Assembly: GCA_002269645.1 (NCBI GenBank)
Contig: NIVC01002766.1
Location: 1 to 64,000 of the forward strand
Source of the DNA: Macrostomum lignano
Taxonomy: Eukaryota
DNA length: 64,000 nt
Direction of reading: 5' to 3'
Below, in pieces: positions 1 to 11,272 of the stretch (position 1 is its first letter; every line of letters starts with the position of its first letter). Made by a program: the position numbers and the translations under genes. The notes below the pieces were generated by a model. The model saw nothing but the letters and a program-made list of their open reading frames with translations. It ran no database searches and had not been told where the DNA came from.

Positions 1-3000
1 AGGGAGGTCCCCAGTGTCGCCAGCAGCTATAGTGCTCTCTGGAAAGGAGAGTTCAGCCCTGCGGGTGGCCCGAAGGTAGCGCATGAGCTGATTAAAGTTT
101 TCGGGTTTGCACGCTTCAGTAATAGATGTGTGTGGCCCGAGGTAAGTGAGTCTGGCCCGCGTGAAGGCGGGACAGATGCTGACGAAATGCTCAGCGGTTT
201 CGTCACCTGAGTTGCAGAAACTACAGGTGGCGTTGGTGGCGTTGCCCTGCAGGTACTGGTGCCTGGAGAAGCAGCCGTGACCAGAGAGGGTCATGGTGGC
301 AGCCCGGATGTCTCTGCGCGAGAGGCGCAAGAGGAGCTTCCGGAGCTGGTGAGAGGGCTGAGGGACAGCGCCTCTGGATTGCCTGCAGGTAGTGCAGTTC
401 GCCCAAGTCGAGCGGTGCTGGGTCCTGATCCACGCTTTGATGCGCGAGTCGATGACACAGCCAGGAATCGGGACAAGGGTTCGGGGCCGAGAGAGGAGCC
501 GGAGGCACCAACTTTTGCAAGGGTGTCAGCCAACTCATTTCCTCGGATCCCCACATGCCCCGGAACCCACTTAAGGGTAATTTTGTTGGTGAACCCAACA
601 CGTTGAGGAGTTTGATACAGTCGAGGACTGTAGCAGAGTTGGTGCTGCAGCCACTGATGGCGTGCAAGGCAGCTTGGCTGTCCGAATGGAAAATGATGTT
701 CTTACCAGTAACGCCAGTGGCGAGAAGCTCTGCAGTGCAGGAGCTGATGGCCAGAACTTCATTTTGGAAAACACTGGAGTTGACCCCAGTGTATTGAGCG
801 TGGGTAGCGATGACCCTCCCGTTCAGAAAGATTCCAACACCAAAGCCGGTGTTGGCTGACTGCTTAGAACCGTCGGTGTAGCAATGAAGCTCACCAAGGT
901 TACATTGGTCATTGATGTTATCGCGCGAGTCGATAGCTACGGAGTAGCGCTGTCTCAGGTTGAGCGTTGAGGCAATGCGATCGGTGAAGACGCGATTGGC
1001 CTGACACTCGTTGAGAAAGTTGAGGCACAGGTCGCTATGCGGGACAAGGTTCCGCTTAGCAGGTGCTCTCATGTAAATGAATTTGAAGCCGGCATCAATT
1101 AGACGCCGCATCGTTCTAGCCGCCTCACCCCTGACGAAGAGGTCAAGAGGCGGTAGATTAAGGAAGGCCCCCATGCCAGCAAAGGGCGTGGACCTGGTGG
1201 CGTTGCAGATGAGCCTACACGCTCTGCCTTGGATCGTGTTAAGCAGGTCTGCATGGCTTTTGACCTGGGTAGCGCTAACTCAGACGACAGAGGCGTACGT
1301 AATGGCAGGTCTAACTACGGAAGTATAGATCCACCAAAGCCGCTTTGGGGATAGACCCCAAGAAGTGCCAAGTGCTCGTCGGAGCTGGGCCAGGATGGCT
1401 GAGGCACGCTTGGCTTTTGCTTTCACGTGGAAGGACCAGTTGAGCCGGTGGTCAAGTGTGACCCCGAGACATCTGGTCTGGTGCGCGAAGGCAATATCTC
1501 TGCCGTAGAGCTGCAGAGGACGTATGTTCCAGCGTAGTCTGCTGGTAAACATAATGGCAACGGTTTTGGGCTCAGAGAGTTCCAGACCATTGTCATTGGC
1601 CCAGGATTCTGCTTTGCGGATAAAGCTCTGCATCAGATCCCTGAGCGTGCTGGGAGACGGTCCTGCCACAATGGCCGTGACGTCATCAGCATACCCGACT
1701 TTGAAGACGGGGTCGGGTCGGGAGTCACTCAGAAGAGCGTCCATGACCAGGTTCCAGAGCGTCGGGGTGAGGACTCCGCCTTGGGGTCCACCCTTACAGA
1801 CTCTGGTGGAGGCAGTTTCCCAAGAAGTTGGGCAGTGACCGTACGGTTGGAGATCATGTACATGATCCACCGTATGAGGGTAGCATGAGCTTTGCGATTT
1901 TGAAGGGCCCTCTGAAACGCTTCAAAGATAACGTTGTCGAAGGCGCCAACAATGTCAAGAAAGAGAGCCAGGGCGTAACCGTCACCCAGTACCGCCCGTT
2001 CAATCTTCTCGACAATCGCATGCAGGGCGCTGTCAGTCGACCTCCCGGTACGGAAGGCGTGCTGATTATTGCTGAGGGGCATCGCTGTCAGCTCGCAGGA
2101 GAGCAGCCGCCAGAGAATAAGCCTCTCAGTGAGCTTAAGCATTGCTGACGTTAAGCTAATAGGCCGGAAGGCCTTGACGCTTTGGTAGTCACCCTTCCCA
2201 GGTTTGGGAATAAAGACTACTCGAGCTTCAGTCCAGCATTTGGGAACGTATCCCAGCTGGATAGAGGCCCGCATAAGATTGCGGGTGAGTCTCAGGAACG
2301 AGGGTATCTTGGCTGCTTCACGAAGGAGAACAGGGTAGATACCATCAGGTCCAGGAGATTTGAAGGGTTTGAAGGTTCTGACCGCACGTGCGATTAGGTC
2401 TTCAGTGACAATGCCCGCCGCTAGGGTGGCTCCATCCATCCAATGGTTGGGCTCAGGTCTAGCAGTAGGTACCCTCGGGAAGAATGTGCTAAGCATATGC
2501 TGAAGCACTTCTTCAGGGTCTTTAGTAAGAGAGCCATCATCTTTTTTGATCATGGCTAATTTGGACATTTTGTCCATTGTAAGGGCCTTGACAAGCCTAG
2601 AAGTAGGTCTGTCTTGATCCAATTCATTGCAGAATTGGCGCCACTTACATTCCTTGGCCTTGCGCACTTCAGATTTGAAATTGCGGGAGGCTTGCCGGAA
2701 AAGCTCCATGTCCTCCGGGTTTCCGGTCTTCATGGCACGGCGATGAAGGCTTTTGGCCTTCCGCCTGAGTTTCCCCAGCTCCGGGTTCCACCACGGCGCC
2801 GAGGTCTTGCCTTTGTAGGCGCGAGCAGGACAAGCCGCTTCGTAGGCTGCAATAATGCAACCTGTCAGCGTCTCAGCCATATGATCCACATCCTCGCAGG
2901 TCTCAATCGGACGTAAGTCCGTGAGTTCCTGCAGGTGCAGATCAAGGGCAGCCTTGTAGGCCGCCCAATCAGTGTTGCGGATATTGCGCCTCCAAGTGAT

Positions 3001-3711
3001 CGGAGACTGGGTTTTAGTGTCCGCGATGTTAAAGGCGATAAAGCAGTGGTCAGACAGGGAGGGCTCCTCAGACCAGACTCTCCACTCCTCAACTCTGTCA
3101 AAGAGTCTTGGGGTAACGAGTGTGGCGTCGAGGACCTCGGTCCATCTGCCATTATTAAAGGTAGGAGTGCTGCCGCGGTTGCAGAGCATGAGGTTTGTGT
3201 TAGAGATGAGGGCCAGAAGCTCCTCTCCTCTAGTGTTGGTATCTTTGCTGCCCCAGTGCTTGTGGTGCGCGTTGAGGTCGCCCCCTAAGCACAGCTCAGC
3301 GTTCTGGGACTGGCAGTACTGCGCAAGGCGCAGTAAACTCTCGGGAGCAGGGTCTCTGTCGCCTGGGATATAAACCGAGGCAACAAGACACGTACGCGGA
3401 GAGAAATGATTAGATTGGATGACGCAAAGGTCTCCATCAGAGAGATCAGTCCTCAGCCAAGCCTGGAGATGGCTAGCAGCGAGGATAGCCGCTCTAGGGC
3501 GGCTGTTCCCCGGGCCACACACATAAAAATCAGAGTAGCCAGAGGGAATGTTGGGCAACTTACCGTTGCGCATCCAGGGTTCCTGGATCAGGATGAGGCC
3601 TGGCCTGTACAGCTCAGCAATCTTCATCAGATTTACTGACGCAGATACGCAATGCTGTAGATTTATTTGCAGACAGAATGTCGCTCCTTTGGCAGCGTGG
3701 AGCTTAGTCAT
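1..3711 (-). pseudogene. Retrotransposon ORF2 (endonuclease/RT/RNase H), disrupted
   Basis: -1 frameshift in a G run at ~1820 (LLG|ETASTRV), TGA at 1280-1282 where YASVVW is expected, and further frameshifts at ~590 and ~470. Motifs continue in alternate frames to position 1. Confidence 0.88.
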
Positions 3712-3750
3712 ACTGTATTAAATGCAATGTCTGGCTAGAGCCCAGGGCCA

Positions 3751-5316
3751 TCAAGGAGACTTGGACAACAGATCGTCCTCGTCCCAGGCCGCTGGGGCTT
3801 GACTGGGAGATGGGAGTTGGTCGACGTCCATGGCCTCCTCACCCCCACCGGCCCCCCCAGCAGAGTCCTCAGGCTCCGACGACAGGATGGAGGAAGCTTC
3901 CTCATCTGCATCTTTACCTTCAGACCCCACCAGGGTGGCCGAGGAGAGCTCGGATTCCGAAGACCCGGCCTCGTCCTCAACTCCTTCTCCGACTGGCAGA
4001 TTTGGTTCCCGGGGCTTGGCCGGAGCCGTTACCGCGGTTGCCGAACTGCTGCTAGCAGAGGGGCGAGACACAGCTTTGGCTTTGGGATCGGCTTGCGCCT
4101 TTCCTTGGGCCTTAGACTGCGCCCCGCTCTTGCCGGAGATGCCGGGGTTGGCAGTAGCCTTCCCTTTGGCAGACTTTCCTCGGCGCATCTTGAGCTTGAG
4201 GGCACCCAGCTGGAAAGAGGATCCATTAGGGTACCGACTCGCCCAAGTGCTGGAAAGGCCGAGGACAATTGAGTTGCCCGTCTCCCCCCTGCGGACTCGG
4301 CGGTGATACACCAGTCCACTAGCAGGGAGGTCGGGGTTCAGACGCAGTAGGACCCGGCGGATAACGTCAGGTGGTCCAGCTGCGGTGCTCTTAGCAGGGA
4401 CGAAAACCACGTAGGGTATCGTCTTTGGACGCTGGCCCTCGCGAAGAAAAAGAGCTCCGCCAAGGTCAGCATCCAAGGAGACCGTCGGCAGCCGCTGGAG
4501 CAGCCGCCGAGCGTCCTCCTCGCTGCTAGGAGCAATAAGAACGAATGTGCTTCGCAGCACCATCCGCTCAATGCCGATGGAGATTCCCTCCTCGACAGTC
4601 AGCTCAATCAGATAGGAGTCAACAGCACTCCACACTTTTTGAAGCTGATCAGTGGTCCAGTCCTGGTCGCGACCTTGGATGATCACTCCCGGGATTTTGG
4701 CCTTGGCCTTCGCCGCAAAGGTAGCTCCCGAAGGAACCTCCTTGTTGGCAGTGGCCATTTGTTGCGCCGTGGTTTCGGCCTCAGCAGCCGCGGCAGCAGC
4801 TCCAGGGAGCGCCGCCGCTGAACTACTGGAGCTTCCACCGGCCGGCCCGCCTGGTTGCCTTGGGACTCCAGTCGCTTCAGCATCCATGGTGGACGCCGCC
4901 GCTTTGGCCCCCGCAGCTCCCTTCTTGGCCTGCCTTTTGGCGCGTTGTTTAGCGCGTTTGCGCTCAAGCCGAGCCCGCTGAGCTTCATCGGATCTGCCAG
5001 ATTTGGCCGGTCCTTTAGGCTCAGAGCTCGCGGTTCCCTTAGATCCACCAGCGGAGCTGGCAGGTCTTTGGGTATTTTGAGTTTGGTAGCTCTGGTCGGA
5101 TCTGCCAGCAGAGCCAGCCGGTCCTTCCTTTGCCACAGTTGAATCAGTCGGTTGGGATCTGCCAGCAGGGCCGGCCGGTCCTTCGGACTGAGGTTGGGGT
5201 TTAGAAGGGTCCCCGTCCCTAGAAATAGCTTGTTTATCCATAGTCGGCTCGAAGGCCATGATAAAAGGTTGGTGGGCTACCCTCAAAGGGGCGCGGTACC
5301 CACCCGGCCGCTCCAC
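3751..5316 (-). CDS. Retrotransposon ORF1 (gag-like; basic RAKRQAKK stretch, central globular domain, acidic tail)
   Basis: Uninterrupted 521-aa ORF ending 39 nt before the ORF2 ATG; no CCHC knuckles visible. Confidence 0.8.
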   Translation of the reverse strand: MERPGGYRAPLRVAHQPFIMAFEPTMDKQAISRDGDPSKPQPQSEGPAGPAGRSQPTDSTVAKEGPAGSAGRSDQSYQTQNTQRPASSAGGSKGTASSEPKGPAKSGRSDEAQRARLERKRAKQRAKRQAKKGAAGAKAAASTMDAEATGVPRQPGGPAGGSSSSSAAALPGAAAAAAEAETTAQQMATANKEVPSGATFAAKAKAKIPGVIIQGRDQDWTTDQLQKVWSAVDSYLIELTVEEGISIGIERMVLRSTFVLIAPSSEEDARRLLQRLPTVSLDADLGGALFLREGQRPKTIPYVVFVPAKSTAAGPPDVIRRVLLRLNPDLPASGLVYHRRVRRGETGNSIVLGLSSTWASRYPNGSSFQLGALKLKMRRGKSAKGKATANPGISGKSGAQSKAQGKAQADPKAKAVSRPSASSSSATAVTAPAKPREPNLPVGEGVEDEAGSSESELSSATLVGSEGKDADEEASSILSSEPEDSAGGAGGGEEAMDVDQLPSPSQAPAAWDEDDLLSKSP

Positions 5317-5794
5317 CTGACCGGGCAGTAGGCCAATCGAACCCTCAAGGCTGGCCCGACACCAGGAGGGGGACCGCTTGCGACCGGACTACTCCCCGGC
5401 CTTCCAGCCCATCGGCACGGTCAACACCTTAGGCATTAGAGAGTACGTTGAGCAGTACCACGGCCTGCAGGTTGGCGAGCCAGACCCGCATACCCAAATT
5501 CGGCCGAAGCCACTGGATAGGGTCGCCAGCGCCGGAGCCCAGTCTGTCCAGCAGCCCTAGGGTCTGCCTTGAACACACGCGGGGACGAGTACCCTGGGTC
5601 GACTTGCGAGACAGCGTGGGGGGGGGGGTCTGCGGCTGCCAGAGGCAAATAGAGGGTGCAGACCTCCCACCAGCCTTGACCTGCTAAAGATAGGGGCAGG
5701 CGTGAAGCATCGCAGACCTTAGCCCAAAGGCCTGGTCTGTCTCATACTTCACTGGCATGCTGAATACGCCTTCGCGTGCACTCTCGTCAGCTCT

Positions 5795-7250
5795 CGGAGC
5801 AGCCCTGAGTGCGCCGAGTCCAGCTACCGCTCTAGCGTAGCCGTCAGCGTCCACGTCTCGGCGTTGTAGAGCAGGACGGTTTCGACCACCGCCTGCCACA
5901 GCCGAGCCCTCTGGCGGTCGGGCAGCGCTTCGGACTGGAGGACGGCTCGGATCGAACGAAAGGCCGCCCAGGCAAGTCCTCTGCGCCGCCGGAGGTCCTC
6001 TTCCACGTGGGGCACCAGACCGCCGAGGTAGGTGAACCGCTTGCAGCATGCAAGCCTGGTCGTCTGCCCTTCTGCGCCGCGGCACGTCAGGTCCGCTGGG
6101 ATGTCGGCCGGCACAGTCAGCACCTCGGTCTTCAGCGTGTTGACGATCAGACCGACGCTCGATGCCACCTCGACCAGCCTGTCGATCTGGCGCTGGGCGC
6201 CTTCAACGGACGAGGACAGGAGGGCGAGGTCGTCGGCGTAGCCAAGCACGCCTAGGCGCTTTCCGCCGTGGCGGCGATCGATGCGTCTGCGCAGCAGGAA
6301 GCCGTCATTAGCCGTGGGGAGTGAGGTCCGAAGCACCCAGTCCAGCAGCAGCACGAAGAGGAACGGAGCTAGCGTGTCGCCGTGCAGAACTCCTGATGAA
6401 GTATCGAACAGGTCAGACAGGCCGTCCCCCGTCACCACAGCAGCTCGAGTATCGCAATATAGCACCATGACAGCGTCGATTAGCTGCTGGGGTACCCGCT
6501 AGGCTCGAAGGACAAAGGGAAGCGCGGCTCTCAACACTGAGTCAAACGCCTTTCGAAAGTCAACGAAGACAATGATCAGCGTAGACTGGCGGATGCGCGC
6601 CTCCTCGATGACACGGCGGAGTGCGAGGATCTGTGTCACTGTACCGCGTTGCGGCCGGAATCCGTTCTGCTCGTACCACAGGTACGGGTCCAGCACCGAC
6701 TGCAGACGATCGAGCAGCAGCCGGTTGAAGAGCTTCGCGGTGCAGGACATCAGCGAGATCCCGCGGTGGTCTTCTTTCCGCGTTGTCCCTGCCTTCATCG
6801 GGATCGGCACGATGTGCGCGACGGTCCACTCGGTAGGCGCAGGAGCGCCGGCGGGCACGCGGTTCATGACGCCTGTGACCTGGGAGGCCACACAGCGGAG
6901 CCGCAGCGCTTCGACCGGGACTTCGTCGGGGCCGAGCGCCTTGCCGCCTGATGTTTTCCGCGCGTACAGCACAACGTCCTGCGTGGTGACTGGTCTGGTG
7001 CAGATATCCTCCTCAGCTGGGAGCGGCGTGTCCAGTGGGAGCGCAAAGCTAGCGGGCAGCGGCGACGCGGGCGCGTTCACGATGCCGGCGAAGAAGGCGG
7101 GGTCAGGCCCGAACCCGCCGATACGTGGACTGCCTGCTGTGCGACGCTGGGGCGCCCGACACTGCCAACGGAGCGGACTTTATTCGCTCCCAGGCTCTGC
7201 GGCGCGCCATCTGACGTGCCCTGCTCTAACTGTGACTGTGCATGCTGGGT
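5795..7250 (-). mobile_element. RTE-like non-LTR retrotransposon RT fragment, truncated at both ends
   Basis: ORFs 6499-7080 and 5824-6468: GKALGPDEV, DHRGISLMS, QNGFRP, FVDFRKAFDSV, GVLHGDTLAPFLF, GYADDLAL, FTYLG, LLYNAETWTLT. In-frame stops at ~6499 and 5824. Homology ends abruptly at ~5795, where the LOA-like element begins. Confidence 0.85.
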
Positions 7251-7257
7251 CGCGTAT

Positions 7258-10200
7258 TTTGTTGTTGTTGTTGTTGCTTTTGTTGTTGTTGAATGCGGTG
7301 AGCCTCTCCTAAAGGGGACACCAACCGATGGCCCCTAGGAGAAGCGCCACTGCGTCTGAGCGAGCGAGTTGACACATTTCGGTAATGCAGTGAGTACGGC
7401 GTTGGACGTCCAGGGCCGGGCAGTTGAGGAGGTGGTACTGATCAACCTCTTCCGCGCAGAGACGGCAGTTGCCCCCGACCTCAATGCTAATGCGGTTGCG
7501 GTAGTAGGTCGATGCAGGACAGTGCCCGGCGATTAGCTGCTGGGGCTGACCTGCGAGACCAGGACCTGTTGTCTGTGCGGGCTCTCATGCATCGTAATCT
7601 TTTGGCCATAGACCTCAAACAGGTGGCCTGTCATGTTGGGCGAGTAATTAACAGCCCCTCGGATGCGGGCCCTCGCCGAATCCAGGGTGATGCCGACATG
7701 TTCCTGAGGCAGCGTGGCCGCTAGTTTGGCCTCGGCATCCACAAGTTCGTTTCCGGGGATTCCGGCGTGCCCGGGCACCCACTGCAGGATGATCTTCGAA
7801 CGACGGGCGGCGGTGTAAAGGCATTCTTAACGCTCTCCACGAGCGGGTTAGTGGATGGACGATCGGATTTTAGAACCGCGATGGCGCTCTGGCTGTCGGT
7901 GAGAATGGCAGCCTCTTTCGGGGGGTTGGCAGTGATGTCGCTTAGCGCCTGGAAGATGGCGATGAGTTCAGCCTCAAAGGAGCTGCACCAGCGGCCCGCG
8001 GCCACTCGCCCGCTCCGGCTGATAGAGCCGTCCTGGCTCAAGAGAATCCAGGCCGCGCCTCCGTTTTTAACGCCACCCGAGACGGATCCGTCGGTGAAGT
8101 AAGTGGCGGCGTTCGGGCAGCGCGCGGTCATGGTGGCTTGGACCGCCTGGACGGCGTCGGTTTCAAGTGGCTCGAACAGCAGCTTAGTGAACATGCGCAC
8201 TCCGGCGTCGGCCAACGAGTTCCAGGGTGGGAGCCGGATGTGGCTGTTAGCAAGGCGGTGTCCGCCAAGGAGCTCATCGGTGATGCGTCTAGCTTGTTCG
8301 CGGAGGCCACGGTTGGCAGAAAGCCGGGTGTCCTGGCGGCGCTCGCAAAGCTGCCAGAAGGGGTCGTCGGGGGTGGGGGGGTCTGCGGAGCGCCTTCTCA
8401 ACCGCAAGTAGCGATCTTCGGCGGGCTTCGAGGCTGATGGGAAGGATTCCCGATTCAAAGTAGATGGCCTCAACCGGTGTCGAGCGAGGGAGACCAGTGA
8501 CAACCCGGAGGGCCTCGCGCTGGGCACGGTCGATGGCGTTGAGACGGGTCGCAGATAGCCAGGGCGTCCAAGCCGCGGCGGCGTGGCACACGACGGATTC
8601 CACAAGAGCCCGGTAGACTCGCAGCAGTAGCTTGCGATCCCAGCCCCATTCACGGTGGGCTAGGGCACGGAGAATGGCAGCTTGGCGAAACATTTTCTCC
8701 CTGACGGAGTCAGTTTGCTTTTCGAATAGCAGACCTTGGTCAATCCAGATTCCGAGAAACTTAATCTCCTGCTTGAAAGGAATCTGTTGGCCCCGGAGGG
8801 TAGGCTGGGGTTTTGTTGACGGTCAGATCTGTCACGAGAGAAGAGGCATGCCTCAGTTTTTGAGGGGTTGATGTCGATGCGCAGATGAGCGGCCCATTCC
8901 TCGACAGGTTGCAGGGCGGATTTGAGGCGAGCCTGGATTTCCGGGAGGTTCCGGCCCGTGCTCCAGAGGGCAAGGTCGTCTGCATAGCCACTGTAGTCGA
9001 CGAGGGGCATGGTGTGGCCGGACCACTTGTTAACATAGAGGAGGAAAAGGGCAGGCGAGCTGACGGCGCCCTGGGGGACGCCTTCCCTCAGTCTGCGCCA
9101 TTTCCCAAGCGAGGAGCCGATCCGCACAGCGATCTGCCTGCCTTCTAGAAAGCTGGTGAACCAACGCACCATACAGGCAGGGACGCCTTCATCCATCATG
9201 CGACCAATAAGGCGAGCGCGCCAAACACGGTCGAAAGCGCGAGAGCAGTCGATGATGACGGCCACGGTTTTCAGGTGCGGGCGTTTCTCCCAGCCATCTT
9301 GAATAGACTGAACGAGGCGGGCGATTTGCTCTTCACAGCCGCGACTGCGTTGAAAACCGGCCTGCCAGGGCTGAATGATGTTGTGAAGCTCGAGCCAGCG
9401 ATAGAGGCGATCGAGGATAAGCCGTTCGAGGATCTTCCCGCAGACGTAGGTGAGGCTGACAGGCCTGTAACTACCGCGGTCTTTGGGGTCCTTTCCGTCT
9501 TTTAGCAAAGGGACGATAACGGCTTTTTTCCAGACTCCAGGGCAGTGTCCGGTACGCCAGCAACGATTGAAGACGGCCAGCCAGGCCGTCATCCAAGAGT
9601 CCGGCAGGTGGATGAAGAAGGCAGCTTCGATTTCGTCGGGACCGCATTTTTTGCTGGGGTCAAGTTTGCCAATGGCCCCTTCCAGCTCATCAGGGGTGAA
9701 GTCAGGGCAGTAAAGGTCGTCGTCGGTGGAGTATTGGGCCAGGCGACGGGATGTGGCCACTTTGACCTTGCGGTCTGCCGCCGAGTGTTTCAGAGTGCTG
9801 ATGTTTTCGTAATAGCGGCCAAAGGCGTTGGCCTTCTTCTTGTCGGTGCGCAGTTCTCGACCGTCAACAATGAGAGATTCGTTGGAAGGAGCTTGTTGCT
9901 TGCCGTTGCTGAGGCACTTGATGGTCCTCCAGACTTGTTTTGGGTCGGCAGAGTCGGACATTTTGTTGATATACTCCTTCCAGAATTCGGCTTTCTTAAT
10001 GGCACAGAGTTTGGACAGTTCGTGACTTTTTTCGAGCCACTCGCCAGGATGGGCGCCAGATTCCCTTAGCCGGTTTCGAGTTTTTGGCAGAGACTTTTTT
10101 GAGCGGGATAGCAGCTTTGGCTGCTTTAAGCATGCCCGAGCAGAGCCTGGCAATCTGTTTTTTGATGGAGCCGTCATTGAGGCGGACGGCGTCCTCGGAG

Positions 10201-10940
10201 AGCAGGGTCTGGTAAGCGGTCCAGTCCGCTTTCTTCCAAGACCAACTGAAACGAGGCGCAGTGCTCAAGGTTTCGCGGGATTCCCGGACGGTCACCAGGA
10301 TGGGTTGGTGATCGGAGCCGAGCTCGGTGAGCGGTTGCCATTTACAGAGGTCGGCGACAAATTGCCTAGCGATGGTGAGATCGGGGGCACTAGTCCGTCC
10401 GGTGCGCCTGTCAACGCAGGTGTGTTCCCCTGAGTTCAGGATGCGGTAGTCCACGGAGTTGCACCAGTCGACCAGGCACTGAGCTTGTGCTGCACCTTCA
10501 GGTCCTTGATTGGGATCGCTGCCCCAGGCAGTGTGTGTGGTGTGTTCTGAGCGGAAAACCGCTCACCGAGCTCGGCTCCGATCACCAACCCATCCTGCTA
10601 GGTCACCAAGCAGGATTTCCCTGTGAAAGCATCTGAGCCAGGAATCGACACTGGGGTGCTCACGGTTATCACGCAATTGGCGCAGTGCCATTCCTGGGCG
10701 TCCGCGGCCTTGTTCGCGGCACAGCGACTCAACCCGGAGCAATCCTTCTGCAGATGGAAGCGGCTGTTACATCTCGCACAGGTGAGGAACTTGCCGCGCA
10801 GAGGGCGGCCGCAGCTGACGTATCCGCAGCTGTTAGCAGGCCCCGGGTTGGTCTCCACATCGTGTTTCCCCTCCGCGACGAAAACGCGGCGCCAAGTAGG
10901 AGCTACAACAAGGTTGTAGACCGAACGTAGAGTCCGGTGG
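7258..10940 (-). mobile_element. Ingi-clade non-LTR retrotransposon (2A-like motif, PHD, partly deleted APE, RT, RNase H, knuckle, (CAA)n tail), inactivated
   Basis: HDVETNPGP followed by a PHD-like Cys/His pattern (10660-10830); APE C-terminus (HTAWGS, PDLTI, LGSDHQPIL); RT (YRPVSLT, QAGFQ, IDCSRAFDRVW, GVPQGAVSSP, YADD, WGWDRKLL); RNase H (YFTDGS, FEAELIAI, TDSQSAI, VPGHAGIPGNE); CRLC..H..C near 7420-7470; CAA-repeat tail 7258-7290. Several frameshifts. Confidence 0.85.
10838..10864 (-). other. 2A-like ribosome stop-go motif HDVETNPGP
   Basis: Exact match to D(V/I)ExNPG-P, in frame with the downstream PHD. Confidence 0.75.
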
Positions 10941-10941
10941 G

Positions 10942-10980
10942 TGTTGTTGCTGTTGTTGTTGTTGTTGTTGCTGCTGTTGT
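10942..10980 (-). repeat. (CAA)n microsatellite at the 5' boundary of the Ingi-like element
   Basis: gttgttgctgttgttgttgttgttgttgctgctgttg on the + strand. Confidence 0.9.
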
Positions 10981-11272
10981 ACCTGTAACAACTCTGGAAT
11001 GACTCTGGAGCGTAGAAGTGAGTCTGGGACAACTCTTGGCCTTGATAACGTTTTAATCGCAAATTTTTAGTAGGCTGAATACATGTATGATATCTGCTTA
11101 TCGTCAAACAATAGATGTAGGCAAAAGGCATTCCTGACTATTCTTTCAAGTTATGATGAAGGTGAGGGCTGCTTGGTTATTTAGTGCAAAAAATCGAGCC
11201 TTCAATTCGGCCTTATTACTTAGTTTAGTAAGTAGTATTCGTAAATTATATTTTACTGACAGATTTCTCTAG

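Larger units (their letters stand above)
1..5790 (-). mobile_element. LOA/Lian-like non-LTR retrotransposon (ORF1 + APE-RT-RNaseH-CCHC), inactivated; 3' end runs off the window
   Basis: ORF1 3751-5316. ORF2 from 3711: APE (LQINLQHC..ILIQEPW, GGDLNAHH, LSDHCFI), RT (PGPDGIY, FRPISLTS, FLDIVGAFD, PQGGVLTP, GYADD), RNase H (YTDGSK, QNEVLAI, SDSQAAL, GNELADTLAK) and a C-terminal CSFCNSGDETAEHFVSIC knuckle near 170-230. Clade is assigned from domain order and motif style, not from a search. Confidence 0.9.

Noticed and set aside
5660-5720. HDV-like ribozyme at the LOA 5' end (ttcacgc and tccccgc L3-like heptamers)
   Set aside because: Flanking P3 and P1 pairings could not be formed by eye, and the heptamers are not conserved in the 29-kb relative; kept only as a search suggestion.
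10870-10940. Pr77-like ribozyme at the Ingi 5' end
   Set aside because: Only simple hairpins (ctacaac/gttgtag, ccgcg/cgcgg) are visible; no nested pseudoknot.
10981-11131. ATG at 11131 as the start of the Ingi polyprotein
   Set aside because: Lies beyond the (CAA)n boundary in AT-rich host-like sequence; an open frame through CAA repeats is expected by chance.
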